This document shows, piece by piece, positions 18,083 through 27,032 of a DNA stretch of 64,000 nucleotides. Position 1 is the first letter of the stretch. Every line of letters starts with the position of its first letter. The translations under genes and the position numbers were made by a program. The stretch covers positions 14,943 through 78,942 of the forward strand of contig CAVEAL010000008.1 in NCBI GenBank assembly GCA_963613665.1, written 5' to 3'. Source of the DNA: a bacterium (GTDB lineage: Bacteria > Bacillota > Clostridia > Oscillospirales > Oscillospiraceae). The notes below the pieces were generated by a model. The model was not told the origin of the DNA and searched no databases. It saw only the letters and a list, made by a program, of their open reading frames with translations.

Positions 18083-19054
18083 ATGAAAAAGAAGATAACG
18101 GCTTTGGTCATGGCAGCTGCAATGTGTCTTAGCTTTGCGGGCTGCGGAACCGACAGCAGCAGCGGCGACACTGCAAAGGACAGCTACGTCGTCGGCATAT
18201 GCCAGCTGGTTCAGCATCAGGCGCTCGACGCCGCGACCCAGGGCTTCAAGGACGCTCTGACCGAGGAGCTTGGCGACAAGGTAGAGTTCGTTGAGCAGAA
18301 CGCATCAAACGATATAGCCACCTGCGGCACCATCTGCAACGGCTTTGTTTCCGACGGCGTTGACCTCATCCTTGCAAACGCAACTCCGGCGCTTCAGGCG
18401 GCAGTCGCGGCGACCCAGTCTATCCCCATTCTCGGCACGGCCGTCACCGAGTACGGCGTTGCGCTCGATATCGATAACTTCAGCGGTACCGTCGGCGGCA
18501 ATGTATCCGGCACCTCCGACCTTGCACCGCTCGATCAGCAGGCAGCGATGTTCTCCGAGCTCCTGCCCGAGGCAAAGACCATTGGCATCCTCTACTGCTC
18601 GGCAGAGGCCAACTCCGTATACCAGGCAGAGGTAGTCAAGGCTGCTCTTGAGGAAGACGGCCTGACCGTTAAGATCTACACCTTCGCAGACTCCAACGAC
18701 GTCGCCACCGTCACCGCCACCGCATGCGACGAGTGCGACGCACTGTACATCCCTACCGACAACACCGCAGCTTCCTGCGCAGAGGCAATAAACAACGTCG
18801 CTCTGCCTGCCAAGACCCCCATCATCGCAGGTGAGGAAGGCATAGCCACCGGCTGCGGCATTGCGACCCTGTCGATAGACTACTACCAGCTCGGCGTTAC
18901 CACCGGCAAGATGGCAGCCAAGATCCTCAAGGGCGAGAGCGATATCTCCACCATGCCCATCGAGTACTACCAGAACCCCGTCAAGAAGTACAACGCAGAG
19001 ATCTGCTCCGAGCTCGGCATCACCGTTCCTTCCGATTACACCGCGATCGGCTGA
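18083..19054 (+). CDS. ABC transporter substrate-binding lipoprotein (ABC_sub_bind type, paralog 2)
   Basis: MKKKITALVMAAAMCLSFAGCG lipobox with AAGGAG ribosome-binding site. Shares VGICQ/YVD, GVDLI, GTSD, IPT/PTDN blocks with 11011-12075. Confidence 0.85.
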   Translation: MKKKITALVMAAAMCLSFAGCGTDSSSGDTAKDSYVVGICQLVQHQALDAATQGFKDALTEELGDKVEFVEQNASNDIATCGTICNGFVSDGVDLILANATPALQAAVAATQSIPILGTAVTEYGVALDIDNFSGTVGGNVSGTSDLAPLDQQAAMFSELLPEAKTIGILYCSAEANSVYQAEVVKAALEEDGLTVKIYTFADSNDVATVTATACDECDALYIPTDNTAASCAEAINNVALPAKTPIIAGEEGIATGCGIATLSIDYYQLGVTTGKMAAKILKGESDISTMPIEYYQNPVKKYNAEICSELGITVPSDYTAIG

Positions 19055-19131
19055 TAAAACAAAGCAAAAACCGGCGGGCGGCAATTTGCCGCCCGCAAGC
19101 TCAACCATTAAGCTGAAATGAGGTCTGAAAA

Positions 19132-20115
19132 ATGACAATGTCCGTTTACCTGTCCGCTCTGAGCGTGACGAACCTAATAGGAAGAATGCCTGCCGCAGCG
19201 GCGCAGGGCATAATATGGGGCCTTATGGCGCTGGGCGTGTTCATAACCTTCCGCCTGCTGGATATTCCCGATATGACAGTTGACGGTTCGTTTGCGACCG
19301 GCGGCGCCGTGACGGTAATGCTCCTGCTTGCCGGCATGCCCGCATGGGCGGCGCTGCTCATAGCCATCGTTGTCGGCGTGCTCACCGGTCTGTGCACCGG
19401 CTTGCTGCATACAAAGCTCGGCATACCGGCCATCCTCGCCGGTATCCTGACGCAGTTTGCGCTGTATTCGATAAACCTGCGCATTATGACCCGCGCCAAT
19501 CAGACGGCCAGCGTGCAGAAGTTCGGCATGATCTGGGAAAACGGCAACGGCTTCCTCGTCTCCTCGCTGCACATCCCGCAGGCGATACTCGTAGGACTTG
19601 TCATAGCGGCCGTCATTGTCGCTCTTTCCTACTGGTACTTCGGCACCGAGCAGGGAAGCGCTCTGCGCGCAACGGGCAATAACCCCGCAATGAGCCGCGC
19701 ACAGGGCATCCACATAGAAACGATGAAGGTCATAGGCCTCGGCATCTCCAACGGCATCGTCGCCCTTGCCGGCGGACTCATGACCCAATTCCAGGGTACC
19801 GCCGACGTAAGCATGGGACGCGGCGCCATTGTCATCGGCCTTGCGGCCATCGTCATCGGCGAGATCCTCTGCGACGCGATATTCAGCAAGGGCTGCAACT
19901 TCGCCGTGAAGCTCTGCTTCATCATCTTCGGCGGCGTTATCTACTACGCCGTCATGGTAGTCATCCTGTGGCTCAAGCTCGATCCTAACGATCTGAAGCT
20001 GTTCACCGCCATCATCGTTGCGATATTCCTTGCGATACCGCAGCTCAAGGCACGGTCAAAAAGCTCGTTTTCACGTTCGGGCAAAAGAGCGGCAAGCGAA
20101 AGGAGCGAGGCATAA
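19132..20115 (+). CDS. ABC transporter permease (paralog 2)
   Basis: 327-aa polytopic protein with DMTVDGSFATGGAV and RATGNNPAM motifs. Confidence 0.85.
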   Translation: MTMSVYLSALSVTNLIGRMPAAAAQGIIWGLMALGVFITFRLLDIPDMTVDGSFATGGAVTVMLLLAGMPAWAALLIAIVVGVLTGLCTGLLHTKLGIPAILAGILTQFALYSINLRIMTRANQTASVQKFGMIWENGNGFLVSSLHIPQAILVGLVIAAVIVALSYWYFGTEQGSALRATGNNPAMSRAQGIHIETMKVIGLGISNGIVALAGGLMTQFQGTADVSMGRGAIVIGLAAIVIGEILCDAIFSKGCNFAVKLCFIIFGGVIYYAVMVVILWLKLDPNDLKLFTAIIVAIFLAIPQLKARSKSSFSRSGKRAASERSEA

Positions 20116-20909
20116 TGCTGGAGATAAAAAATGTTTCAAAGACCTTTAATCCGGGAACCATAAACGAAAAGCACGCGCTTTCAAACCTCAGCCTCAGCCT
20201 CAATGACGGCGATTTCGTCACCGTCATCGGCGGCAACGGCGCGGGCAAATCGACGCTCTTGAATGCCGTCGCGGGCGTGTGGCCGATAGATTCCGGAGCT
20301 ATCCTCATAGACGGCGAGGACGTCACAGGCATGCCGGAATACAAGCGCGCAAAGTACATCGGCCGCGTGTTCCAGGACCCCATGATGGGTACTGCGCCCG
20401 ACATGCAGATCGAGGAAAACCTTGCGCTGGCCATGCGCCGCGGCAAAAAGCGAGGCCTCAGATGGGGCGTCACGAACGCCGAACGCGAGGCCTACCGCGA
20501 AAAGCTTGCCGCCCTCGGTCTCGGCCTTGAGGACCGGCTCACCGCGAAGGTCGGCCTTCTCTCCGGAGGACAGCGTCAGGCGCTGACGCTGCTCATGGCG
20601 TCGCTCCAGACCCCGAAGCTTCTGCTTCTCGATGAGCACACCGCTGCCCTTGACCCCGGCACCGCGAAGAAGGTGCTTGAGCTTTCCGACAAGATCATCA
20701 GCGAAAACAAGCTTACCGCGCTCATGATAACGCACAACATGACCGATGCCATCCGCCACGGCAACCGCCTTATCATGATGGACCGTGGCCGCATCGTCCT
20801 TGATATCTCCGGCGAGGAAAAAAGCCGCCTTACCAAGGCCGACCTCCTTGAGCGCTTCGCCGAAAAGGCGGGCGTTCAGGAAGAGACCGACGCCGTTCTG
20901 CTGTCGTAA
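20115..20909 (+). CDS. ABC transporter ATP-binding protein (paralog 2)
   Basis: GGNGAGKST, LSGGQRQ, LLLLDEHTAALD. The ATG overlaps the permease stop codon. Confidence 0.85.
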   Translation: MLEIKNVSKTFNPGTINEKHALSNLSLSLNDGDFVTVIGGNGAGKSTLLNAVAGVWPIDSGAILIDGEDVTGMPEYKRAKYIGRVFQDPMMGTAPDMQIEENLALAMRRGKKRGLRWGVTNAEREAYREKLAALGLGLEDRLTAKVGLLSGGQRQALTLLMASLQTPKLLLLDEHTAALDPGTAKKVLELSDKIISENKLTALMITHNMTDAIRHGNRLIMMDRGRIVLDISGEEKSRLTKADLLERFAEKAGVQEETDAVLLS

Positions 20910-20920
20910 AGTGAAATAAC

Positions 20921-20956
20921 AAAAACCGTCCGTGAGATCTCTCACGGACGGTTTTC
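20921..20956. terminator. bidirectional intrinsic terminator
   Basis: aaaaaccgtccgtgagatctctcacggacggtttt between convergent genes. Confidence 0.8.
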
Positions 20957-20966
20957 TGCCTGCGTT

Positions 20967-23678
20967 TCAGAACAGGCAGTTTTCGATATAGCGGTGGAGT
21001 ATCGCCGCAACCTGTGCTCGGGCCGCACCGCTGCCCGGCATGAGCTTATTGCCGCAGCCGTTTATGATGCCCTCGGCCGCCGCCCATGACATTGCGCCCT
21101 TCGCGTAAGCGCTGACGCTTCCGAAGTCGGCAAATCCGCTGATGTCCTTCGAGGCCGAAACGTCAACACCCTTGAAAGCGGCGTAACGGAAAAGTACCGC
21201 TGCCATTTGTTCGCGCGTAATGCCCGCGTTCGGAGAGAACACGTCCTCGCTGTAGCCGCTTACGATGCCTTTTGCTTCTGCCCAACCGACGGCCTTGCTG
21301 CACCATGTGCCGCAAACGTCGGAGAATGTCGGCTCGGCAGCCTCGGGACTGCCCTCCATGCGCCACAGCACGGTAACGAGCATGGCGCGCGTCATGGTGA
21401 CGTCTGGGGAGAACACGGAAGCCGAGGTCCCTGCGAAGAGCGCGTTGTTATAGGCGTAGTAAACGTCGCCGAAGTACCATGCGCTCGCGGAAACGTCGCT
21501 GAAGGGGAAGGGGGAAACGGCGGTCATAACGCCGCTTGCCGTCGTGCAGCTGAGAGTGCTTCCGCTTATGCTGCTGCCGGCTGCTTTTATCGCACCGTCC
21601 CCGGCTATAATGGCTGCAGTGCAGGCTTCGCCGCTTACGGGGACTGTGAGAGTACAGGCTGTGCCCAGATCCTTGCCGCCTGACTCTGCTGATACCGTGT
21701 ATAGTCGTGCATCCGAAATCCTTTCGCCGAGTGCACGCTTCTGCGCCGCGTTGGGCTCGGCGGTCTTGAGACTGATGCTGACGTCTCCCTTGCCTGTGAG
21801 CTGCGCCGTGTTGAAGCTGACCGTGCCCGCGGAGCTTATGAAATTCACCTTATCCGCTGCCGCCAGAGCAGATAGACCGCGCTCCCAGACATTTATGGTG
21901 TCAACACCGAGCTGCGATGCGTCGATGCTGACGGTTTTTCCACCGGCGGAAAGCTCACGCATCATGATGCGCGTCGGGAACACGATGCACTCGCCGCCGT
22001 TGATGATCGCCGGGGCGCTCACGGTGCTTGCGCCGCACGAGAGCGTGACGTTCGTGGTGATCAGATTGCCGTTTAAAACGATCAGCGCGTCGTTGTCCGA
22101 GCTGAAGTTCGAGTCATTGCCCATGGAGTCGGCTACTTTATAAATGTAGTCGTTTATTTTAGCCTTGAGGGCTTTCGTGAAGAAGTTATCGAATTTCAGA
22201 GCCGATGCAGCGTCGCCGAAGGCATGCTTTTTGACGATCGCAAGCAGCTCGTCGAGTATCTCACCGTTCTTGAGCTTTTTCATGCCTTCCTGCACCCATG
22301 CCGGATAATTGCCGTCATCCTCGCCGCCGAGATGGCTCTGATAGATGTAGTTTACTGCGTCAAGCAGGGTCCTGCCGTCCGAAACGGATATGTTTACACC
22401 CTCGGAAATGATGCTCTGAATGTTGGTGACGATGCGGCTGCTTATCCATTTTGAGATGCTTGTTTCGATCGGACAGAGCTTTTTCAGAAAGCTGCCGACA
22501 TAGCTTCCGGCGACCGTCCTGAGCATATCCTCGGATAAGCCGTGCTCCCTGCCGTACTCGGTCACGTCGGCAATGGTCTCGACTTTTCCGGTAACGGCGT
22601 TGTAGTAGCTGATGGGGCCTATATGGTTGAGAGTATTTACCGAGGCGACAAGGCTGTCAGATACCTCGCGCAGCTGAACAAAGCGCATCGGTGAGGGGTA
22701 GGTGAGGTTCGAGCCTGTCTCAATATCGTAAAGCGTATTGCCGTTTTCGGTGGTCATTGCCGCGATGTCGTTTGCGTGCATGTGACCGGTGAATATCATT
22801 TCAAGGCCTGCGTCGGCGAGCTTTGAGGAGATCTCGGCGTAGTCCTCGACGAGGTACATGCCGAGCACATCGGGTTCCATAGAAAAATGCGGTATAAAGC
22901 CGTGGTGCGCCATGCCGATAACACGGTCGCCGCTTGCCTTGGCGGCCTTTATCTGCCCGACCGCCCATTCGACGAGCTCGGAGCTCATCTCGCCGCGCGT
23001 TTCGTGCTCATCCTCATTGTCCGAGGTGTTGTCGGCGCTGTAGCAGCAGGTGTCGAGCACAATGAGCGTCAGCCCCTCGCAGGGCTTTGCAACATAGGAA
23101 AGCTGCCCCGATTCCTTGCCCGCCGGCGGTGTGTAGCGGGCGACTACGCTCTCGTCGGAATAGACAAAGTCATAGACGGAAAGAAAATCCTCCGGCTCCG
23201 TGCGCGTCGCGGGGACGGCCTTGCCGTCGGCGGTGTTGAAGTTCTTGGCATCCGAGTTGCGAACGTCATGATTGCCGTTTATGACGTATACCTTCATGCC
23301 CGGCACGTCCTCCTGCACCTGCTTGAGGCGTGCGGCAAATTCCTTATGCCCCTCAAGCTCACCGTCCTTCGTGAGATCGCCGGAAACGAGAAGCACATCC
23401 GGCTTATCCTCTCTCACCGCATCCAGCAGTTCGAGATTTATCTGGCTGCTCTCGGTGAAGAGTTTGCGGTCGCTGTTGAGGTCTGTAACGTAGTCCTCTG
23501 TGCCTTTTATCATGGTAGGGGACAGGTAGTGCGTATCGCTCATGACGGCAATCTTCAGATCAATGCCGCCCTCTGATGCCGTGTCCTGCCCGGCAAGCGC
23601 GGGTGCTGTCAGCGTGCATGCCATTATCACGGCAAGCAGCAGCGCCGTACCGCGCCGCAGACGAGTGCTTGATTTCAT
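20967..23678 (-). CDS. secreted calcineurin-like metallophosphoesterase with C-terminal SLH domains
   Basis: Start MKSSTRLRRGTALLLAVIMAC after AGGAGGAAAAAC. Motifs DTHY, GDLTKDG, GNHD, GHMH. C-terminal SLH repeats (FSDV...WYF, FSP, ITREQ). Confidence 0.8.
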   Translation of the reverse strand: MKSSTRLRRGTALLLAVIMACTLTAPALAGQDTASEGGIDLKIAVMSDTHYLSPTMIKGTEDYVTDLNSDRKLFTESSQINLELLDAVREDKPDVLLVSGDLTKDGELEGHKEFAARLKQVQEDVPGMKVYVINGNHDVRNSDAKNFNTADGKAVPATRTEPEDFLSVYDFVYSDESVVARYTPPAGKESGQLSYVAKPCEGLTLIVLDTCCYSADNTSDNEDEHETRGEMSSELVEWAVGQIKAAKASGDRVIGMAHHGFIPHFSMEPDVLGMYLVEDYAEISSKLADAGLEMIFTGHMHANDIAAMTTENGNTLYDIETGSNLTYPSPMRFVQLREVSDSLVASVNTLNHIGPISYYNAVTGKVETIADVTEYGREHGLSEDMLRTVAGSYVGSFLKKLCPIETSISKWISSRIVTNIQSIISEGVNISVSDGRTLLDAVNYIYQSHLGGEDDGNYPAWVQEGMKKLKNGEILDELLAIVKKHAFGDAASALKFDNFFTKALKAKINDYIYKVADSMGNDSNFSSDNDALIVLNGNLITTNVTLSCGASTVSAPAIINGGECIVFPTRIMMRELSAGGKTVSIDASQLGVDTINVWERGLSALAAADKVNFISSAGTVSFNTAQLTGKGDVSISLKTAEPNAAQKRALGERISDARLYTVSAESGGKDLGTACTLTVPVSGEACTAAIIAGDGAIKAAGSSISGSTLSCTTASGVMTAVSPFPFSDVSASAWYFGDVYYAYNNALFAGTSASVFSPDVTMTRAMLVTVLWRMEGSPEAAEPTFSDVCGTWCSKAVGWAEAKGIVSGYSEDVFSPNAGITREQMAAVLFRYAAFKGVDVSASKDISGFADFGSVSAYAKGAMSWAAAEGIINGCGNKLMPGSGAARAQVAAILHRYIENCLF

Positions 23679-23863
23679 GTTTTTCCTCCTTTTTTCCTTG
23701 GTTTTCAACCATGATTCAGCTTATCAAAAACAAACTTTACAAACAAGTAGCCTACCCGGTTGACAGGTAAATTGTAAGTATATATAATGTAAAACGTTTT
23801 TCTGACAGGCTCAAATGCGCTCATGCTGCGTTGAAGTGCCTGCACACACATCAGAGGCACACT

Positions 23864-24484
23864 ATGAACAGAGAAAATTTTTTCAGAAAATTCGATAAGA
23901 TCGTCGCGGGCTTCGGCGAGGATAAGCCGCGCATACTGCTGCACAGCTGCTGCGGACCGTGCTCAAGCTCCGTCATCGAGCTTTTATCGCAGCATTTTGA
24001 GGTCACGGTTTTATGGTATAATCCCAACCTCTGGCCGGAGGAGGAGTATGAAAAACGCCTTGAAACGCAGAAAAAGCTCATCGGCTGCCTTGCGGCCGAC
24101 GGCTCGGAGGCGGAACTCATGGTTCTGCCATGGCGCAGCGAGGACTATTTTTCCCGCATAAAGGGTCTGGAAAACGAGCCAGAAGAGGGTAAGCGCTGCC
24201 TTGAATGCTTCCGCATCCGCCTTGAGGAGACGGCGCACATCGCCGCCGATCGGGGCTTTGACTGGTTCTGCACGACGCTGACCGTGTCCTCGCGCAAGGA
24301 TGCCGTCGCAATAAACGCCATCGGCCGTGAGGTCGCACAAAAATATAATGTAAGCTGGCTGCCCTCGGAGTTCAAAAAACGCGAGGGAAACCACCGATCT
24401 ATAATCCTGTCGGAAAAATACGGTCTGTACCGCCAGGAATATTGCGGCTGCATTTTTTCACTCAATGGAGGACACAATGAATAA
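23864..24484 (+). CDS. queH: epoxyqueuosine reductase QueH (DUF208 family)
   Basis: LLHSCCGPCSS, KRCLECF and YRQEYCGCIFS cysteine motifs characteristic of QueH. Confidence 0.8.
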   Translation: MNRENFFRKFDKIVAGFGEDKPRILLHSCCGPCSSSVIELLSQHFEVTVLWYNPNLWPEEEYEKRLETQKKLIGCLAADGSEAELMVLPWRSEDYFSRIKGLENEPEEGKRCLECFRIRLEETAHIAADRGFDWFCTTLTVSSRKDAVAINAIGREVAQKYNVSWLPSEFKKREGNHRSIILSEKYGLYRQEYCGCIFSLNGGHNE

Positions 24485-24989
24485 AACAACAAGAAGCATA
24501 GTCACCGCCGCCGTTGCAGGTGCTCTGTACGCGGTGCTCACCATGGTGCTCGCACCGATAAGCTACGGCCCTGTGCAGTGCAGGATATCCGAGGTGCTGT
24601 GCATACTGCCGTTTTTCATGCCCTGCACGACGTGGGGCCTGTTTTTCGGCTGCGCTATAGCCAACGTCGCAAGCGCGGCGGGACTGCCGGACATAATCTT
24701 TGGCTCACTGGCGACGCTCATAGCCTGCCTGTGCATATCGTACTGCGGGAAGCATGATAAAAAGATACTTGCCTGCCTTATGCCCGTCGTGTGGAACGGG
24801 CTCATAGTCGGTGCGATGCTCACCGTCGTTATCGCGGGGCTCGACCCCATAAAGAATTTCGGCGCGTTTGCCGTCTTTGCCGGACAGGTCGCACTCGGCG
24901 AGGCCGCAGTCATGTTCATTGCGGGGCTCCCGCTGCTTTCATGGCTGCCCAAGCAAAATTTTTTTACCGACTATATAAGCAGGACTTGA
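24477..24989 (+). CDS. queT: queuosine-precursor transporter QueT (ECF S-component type)
   Basis: 170-aa polytopic protein with SYGPVQCRISEVLCILPFF. GGAGGA ribosome-binding site. Overlaps the end of queH. Confidence 0.7.
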   Translation: MNKTTRSIVTAAVAGALYAVLTMVLAPISYGPVQCRISEVLCILPFFMPCTTWGLFFGCAIANVASAAGLPDIIFGSLATLIACLCISYCGKHDKKILACLMPVVWNGLIVGAMLTVVIAGLDPIKNFGAFAVFAGQVALGEAAVMFIAGLPLLSWLPKQNFFTDYISRT

Positions 24990-25023
24990 CAAAACAGCGT
25001 CAGGATATTAAGATAGCTGTGCA

Positions 25024-25132
25024 AAAGGGGTGCTGAGTTTTTCTCGGCTGAGACGGAAAGAATCGAATTTCCGAGACCCTCGAACCTGATCCGGGTAATG
25101 CCGGCGTAGGAAACGAAAATTCATATCAAATC
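25024..25132 (+). promoter_or_regulatory. TPP (THI-box) riboswitch
   Basis: aggggtgctgag...ggctgagac...accctcgaacctgatccgggtaatgccggcgtaggaa matches the THI-box consensus. Confidence 0.9.
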
Positions 25133-25143
25133 GTTTTCCTATG

Positions 25144-25173
25144 ACCGCATTGCATTTGCAGTGCGGTTTTTTG
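25144..25173 (+). terminator. riboswitch expression-platform terminator
   Basis: accgcattgca-tt-tgcagtgcggt followed by tttttt, 20 nt before the thiT ribosome-binding site. Confidence 0.7.
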
Positions 25174-25194
25174 TGCTTTTTAGGAGGAATAGTT

Positions 25195-26013
25195 ATGAAT
25201 CAGAGCAAAACAAAGTGCCTGGTGGAATGCGCCATCATGGTCGCGCTTGCCACCGTGCTGAGCATGATAAAGCTTGCCGAGCTTCCGTACGGCGGCTCAA
25301 TAACGATAGCGTCAATGCTGCCGATAGCCATCATCGCATACCGCAGAGGCATGGGCTGGGGCCTCGGCTCGGCCTTCGTTTACGGCATCGTTCAGCAGCT
25401 TTTGGGTCTGAACTCGCTTTCGTATGTCACTACATGGCAGAGCATAGTTGCAGTCATACTTCTTGACTACATTGCTGCATTTACGGTAGTCGGCTTTGCC
25501 GGTATATTCAAAAACAAAATAGAAAATCAGGCTGCCGGCCTCACCCTCGGCTGCGTTTTCGCATCGCTTCTTCGCTATATCTGCCATGTCATCTCCGGAG
25601 CTACCGTATGGGCAGGTCTGTCGATACCGACCCAGGCCGCACTGTCCTACTCTTTTATCTACAATGCCACCTATATGCTGCCTGAATGCATCATCCTTGC
25701 GGTAACTGCCGCCTATATCGGCTCCGTCATAGACTTCAGGGATGAGAAGCTCAGCAGGATCGTAAAGGGCGGTACAGCGGCACACTCTCCCGCCATCGGA
25801 GTGGCTGCGGGACTTGTGGCCGCAGGAGCCGTCATTTACGACGCCGTCGAGGTGTTCTCACACCTCCAGAACGCCGAAACAGGCGAGTTTGACATAACAG
25901 GGCTCGCGGCTGCAAACTGGACTGCGCTCATTGCCGTAACAGTCTCGGCTGTGGTCGTCACTGTGCTGCTGGTGGTCGTAAACAAGGCTCTTAAAAAGAG
26001 CAAAGCCGCATAA
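25195..26013 (+). CDS. thiT: thiamine transporter ThiT (ECF S component) with extended C-terminus
   Basis: MNQSKTKCLVECAIMVALATVLSMIKL..LPYGGSITIASMLP is typical of ThiT. TAGGAGGA ribosome-binding site. Located directly behind the TPP riboswitch. Confidence 0.8.
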   Translation: MNQSKTKCLVECAIMVALATVLSMIKLAELPYGGSITIASMLPIAIIAYRRGMGWGLGSAFVYGIVQQLLGLNSLSYVTTWQSIVAVILLDYIAAFTVVGFAGIFKNKIENQAAGLTLGCVFASLLRYICHVISGATVWAGLSIPTQAALSYSFIYNATYMLPECIILAVTAAYIGSVIDFRDEKLSRIVKGGTAAHSPAIGVAAGLVAAGAVIYDAVEVFSHLQNAETGEFDITGLAAANWTALIAVTVSAVVVTVLLVVVNKALKKSKAA

Positions 26014-26081
26014 AAGCTTTCGGGACGGGCTGCCCATGCTACCCGAGCGGTTCGTCTCCGAAGGCTATAAATAAAAAAACC

Positions 26082-26111
26082 TTGACAGGGTAAAAGCCTA
26101 TCGTATATAAT
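26082..26111 (+). promoter_or_regulatory. promoter of the rpmH operon
   Basis: TTGACA (26082-26087), 18 nt spacer, TATAAT (26106-26111). Confidence 0.5.
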
Positions 26112-26207
26112 AAACTTCCGATGCCTGTGGGCGTCGGAAGTTTTATTGTCAACTGCTTTGAGCTTCGGCTCAATGTTGAGTATTATTCTGAAAGGAGTGC
26201 ACAAAAC

Positions 26208-26342
26208 ATGCTGCGTACCTACCAGCCCAAGAAGCGTCAGCGCAAGAAAGAGCACGGCTTCCGCAAAAGAATGGCCACCGCAAACGGCCGCAAGGTCCTC
26301 GCCCGCCGCAGAGCAAAGGGCAGAGCAAAGCTGAGCGCCTGA
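26208..26342 (+). CDS. rpmH: 50S ribosomal protein L34
   Basis: [44 protein letters not shown] is near-universal L34 sequence. Confidence 0.95.
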   Translation: MLRTYQPKKRQRKKEHGFRKRMATANGRKVLARRRAKGRAKLSA

Positions 26343-26442
26343 TTTGGCAGCTCCGAGCAGGAAAAGCAAATAAATTTTTAGGGCGGCTAACCTCCGCCCT
26401 TAATGTGTTTGCCGATAAAAACGGAAAGCAAGGGTGGAATAA

Positions 26443-26790
26443 TTGGATTTCAGGTCAACTCTGAAAAAGAATTATGAGTTCAAACGGCTCTATAACAAAG
26501 GCAAGACCGCCGTTACGCCCTATATGGTCGTGTATGCTCTCAAAGCGCCGCGGGGACGCCGCCGCGTTGGATACACCGTGTCCACCAAGCTGGGCAAGGC
26601 CGTCGTGCGCAACCGCGTGCGGCGCAGATTGAGGGAGATATACAGACTCAATTCGGACAAGCTCAGGGACGGCGTCGATATCGTCATCGTTGCGCGCAGC
26701 CGCTGCGTTGACGCCGAGTATGCCAAAATGGAGCGTGCGTTCCTGCACGCCTGCGCCGAGCTCGGTCTGCTGAGGGACGAAGAACAATGA
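26443..26790 (+). CDS. rnpA: ribonuclease P protein component
   Basis: TTG start. [15 protein letters not shown]...[17 protein letters not shown] is the RnpA RNR motif. Confidence 0.85.
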   Translation: MDFRSTLKKNYEFKRLYNKGKTAVTPYMVVYALKAPRGRRRVGYTVSTKLGKAVVRNRVRRRLREIYRLNSDKLRDGVDIVIVARSRCVDAEYAKMERAFLHACAELGLLRDEEQ

Positions 26791-27005
26791 AAAAGCTTCT
26801 GCTTGCACTTATCCGTATTTATCAGAAATACGTCTCCCCGGCCTTCCCGCCGAGGTGCAGATTTATCCCGACCTGCTCACAGTATGCCGTTGAGGCCATC
26901 GAGAAATACGGGGCCTTGAAGGGCGGCTGGCTCGCCCTGAAGCGGCTGTCGAGGTGTCATCCTTTTCACCTCGGCGAACACGATTTCTTCGATCCCGTTC
27001 CCTGA
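26787..27005 (+). CDS. yidD: membrane protein insertion efficiency factor YidD
   Basis: [44 protein letters not shown] is the YidD signature. Confidence 0.9.
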   Translation: MKKLLLALIRIYQKYVSPAFPPRCRFIPTCSQYAVEAIEKYGALKGGWLALKRLSRCHPFHLGEHDFFDPVP

Positions 27006-27032
27006 CGAGGATCGGAATACAAGGAGAAACTT

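Noticed and set aside
23709-23863. Expected a preQ1 riboswitch upstream of queH-queT.
   Set aside because: A good promoter is present (TTGACA-17-TATAAT), but no preQ1-I/II/III consensus could be found, meaning no small hairpin with a CCC...A-rich tail. Only the hairpin gtgcct...aggcac overlapping the ribosome-binding site is seen, which is insufficient to call.
26014-26207. oriC / DnaA-box cluster next to rpmH.
   Set aside because: No TTATCCACA-like boxes are clustered here and dnaA is absent from the window. The only near-match noticed (gtgtggatt at about 54940) is isolated.
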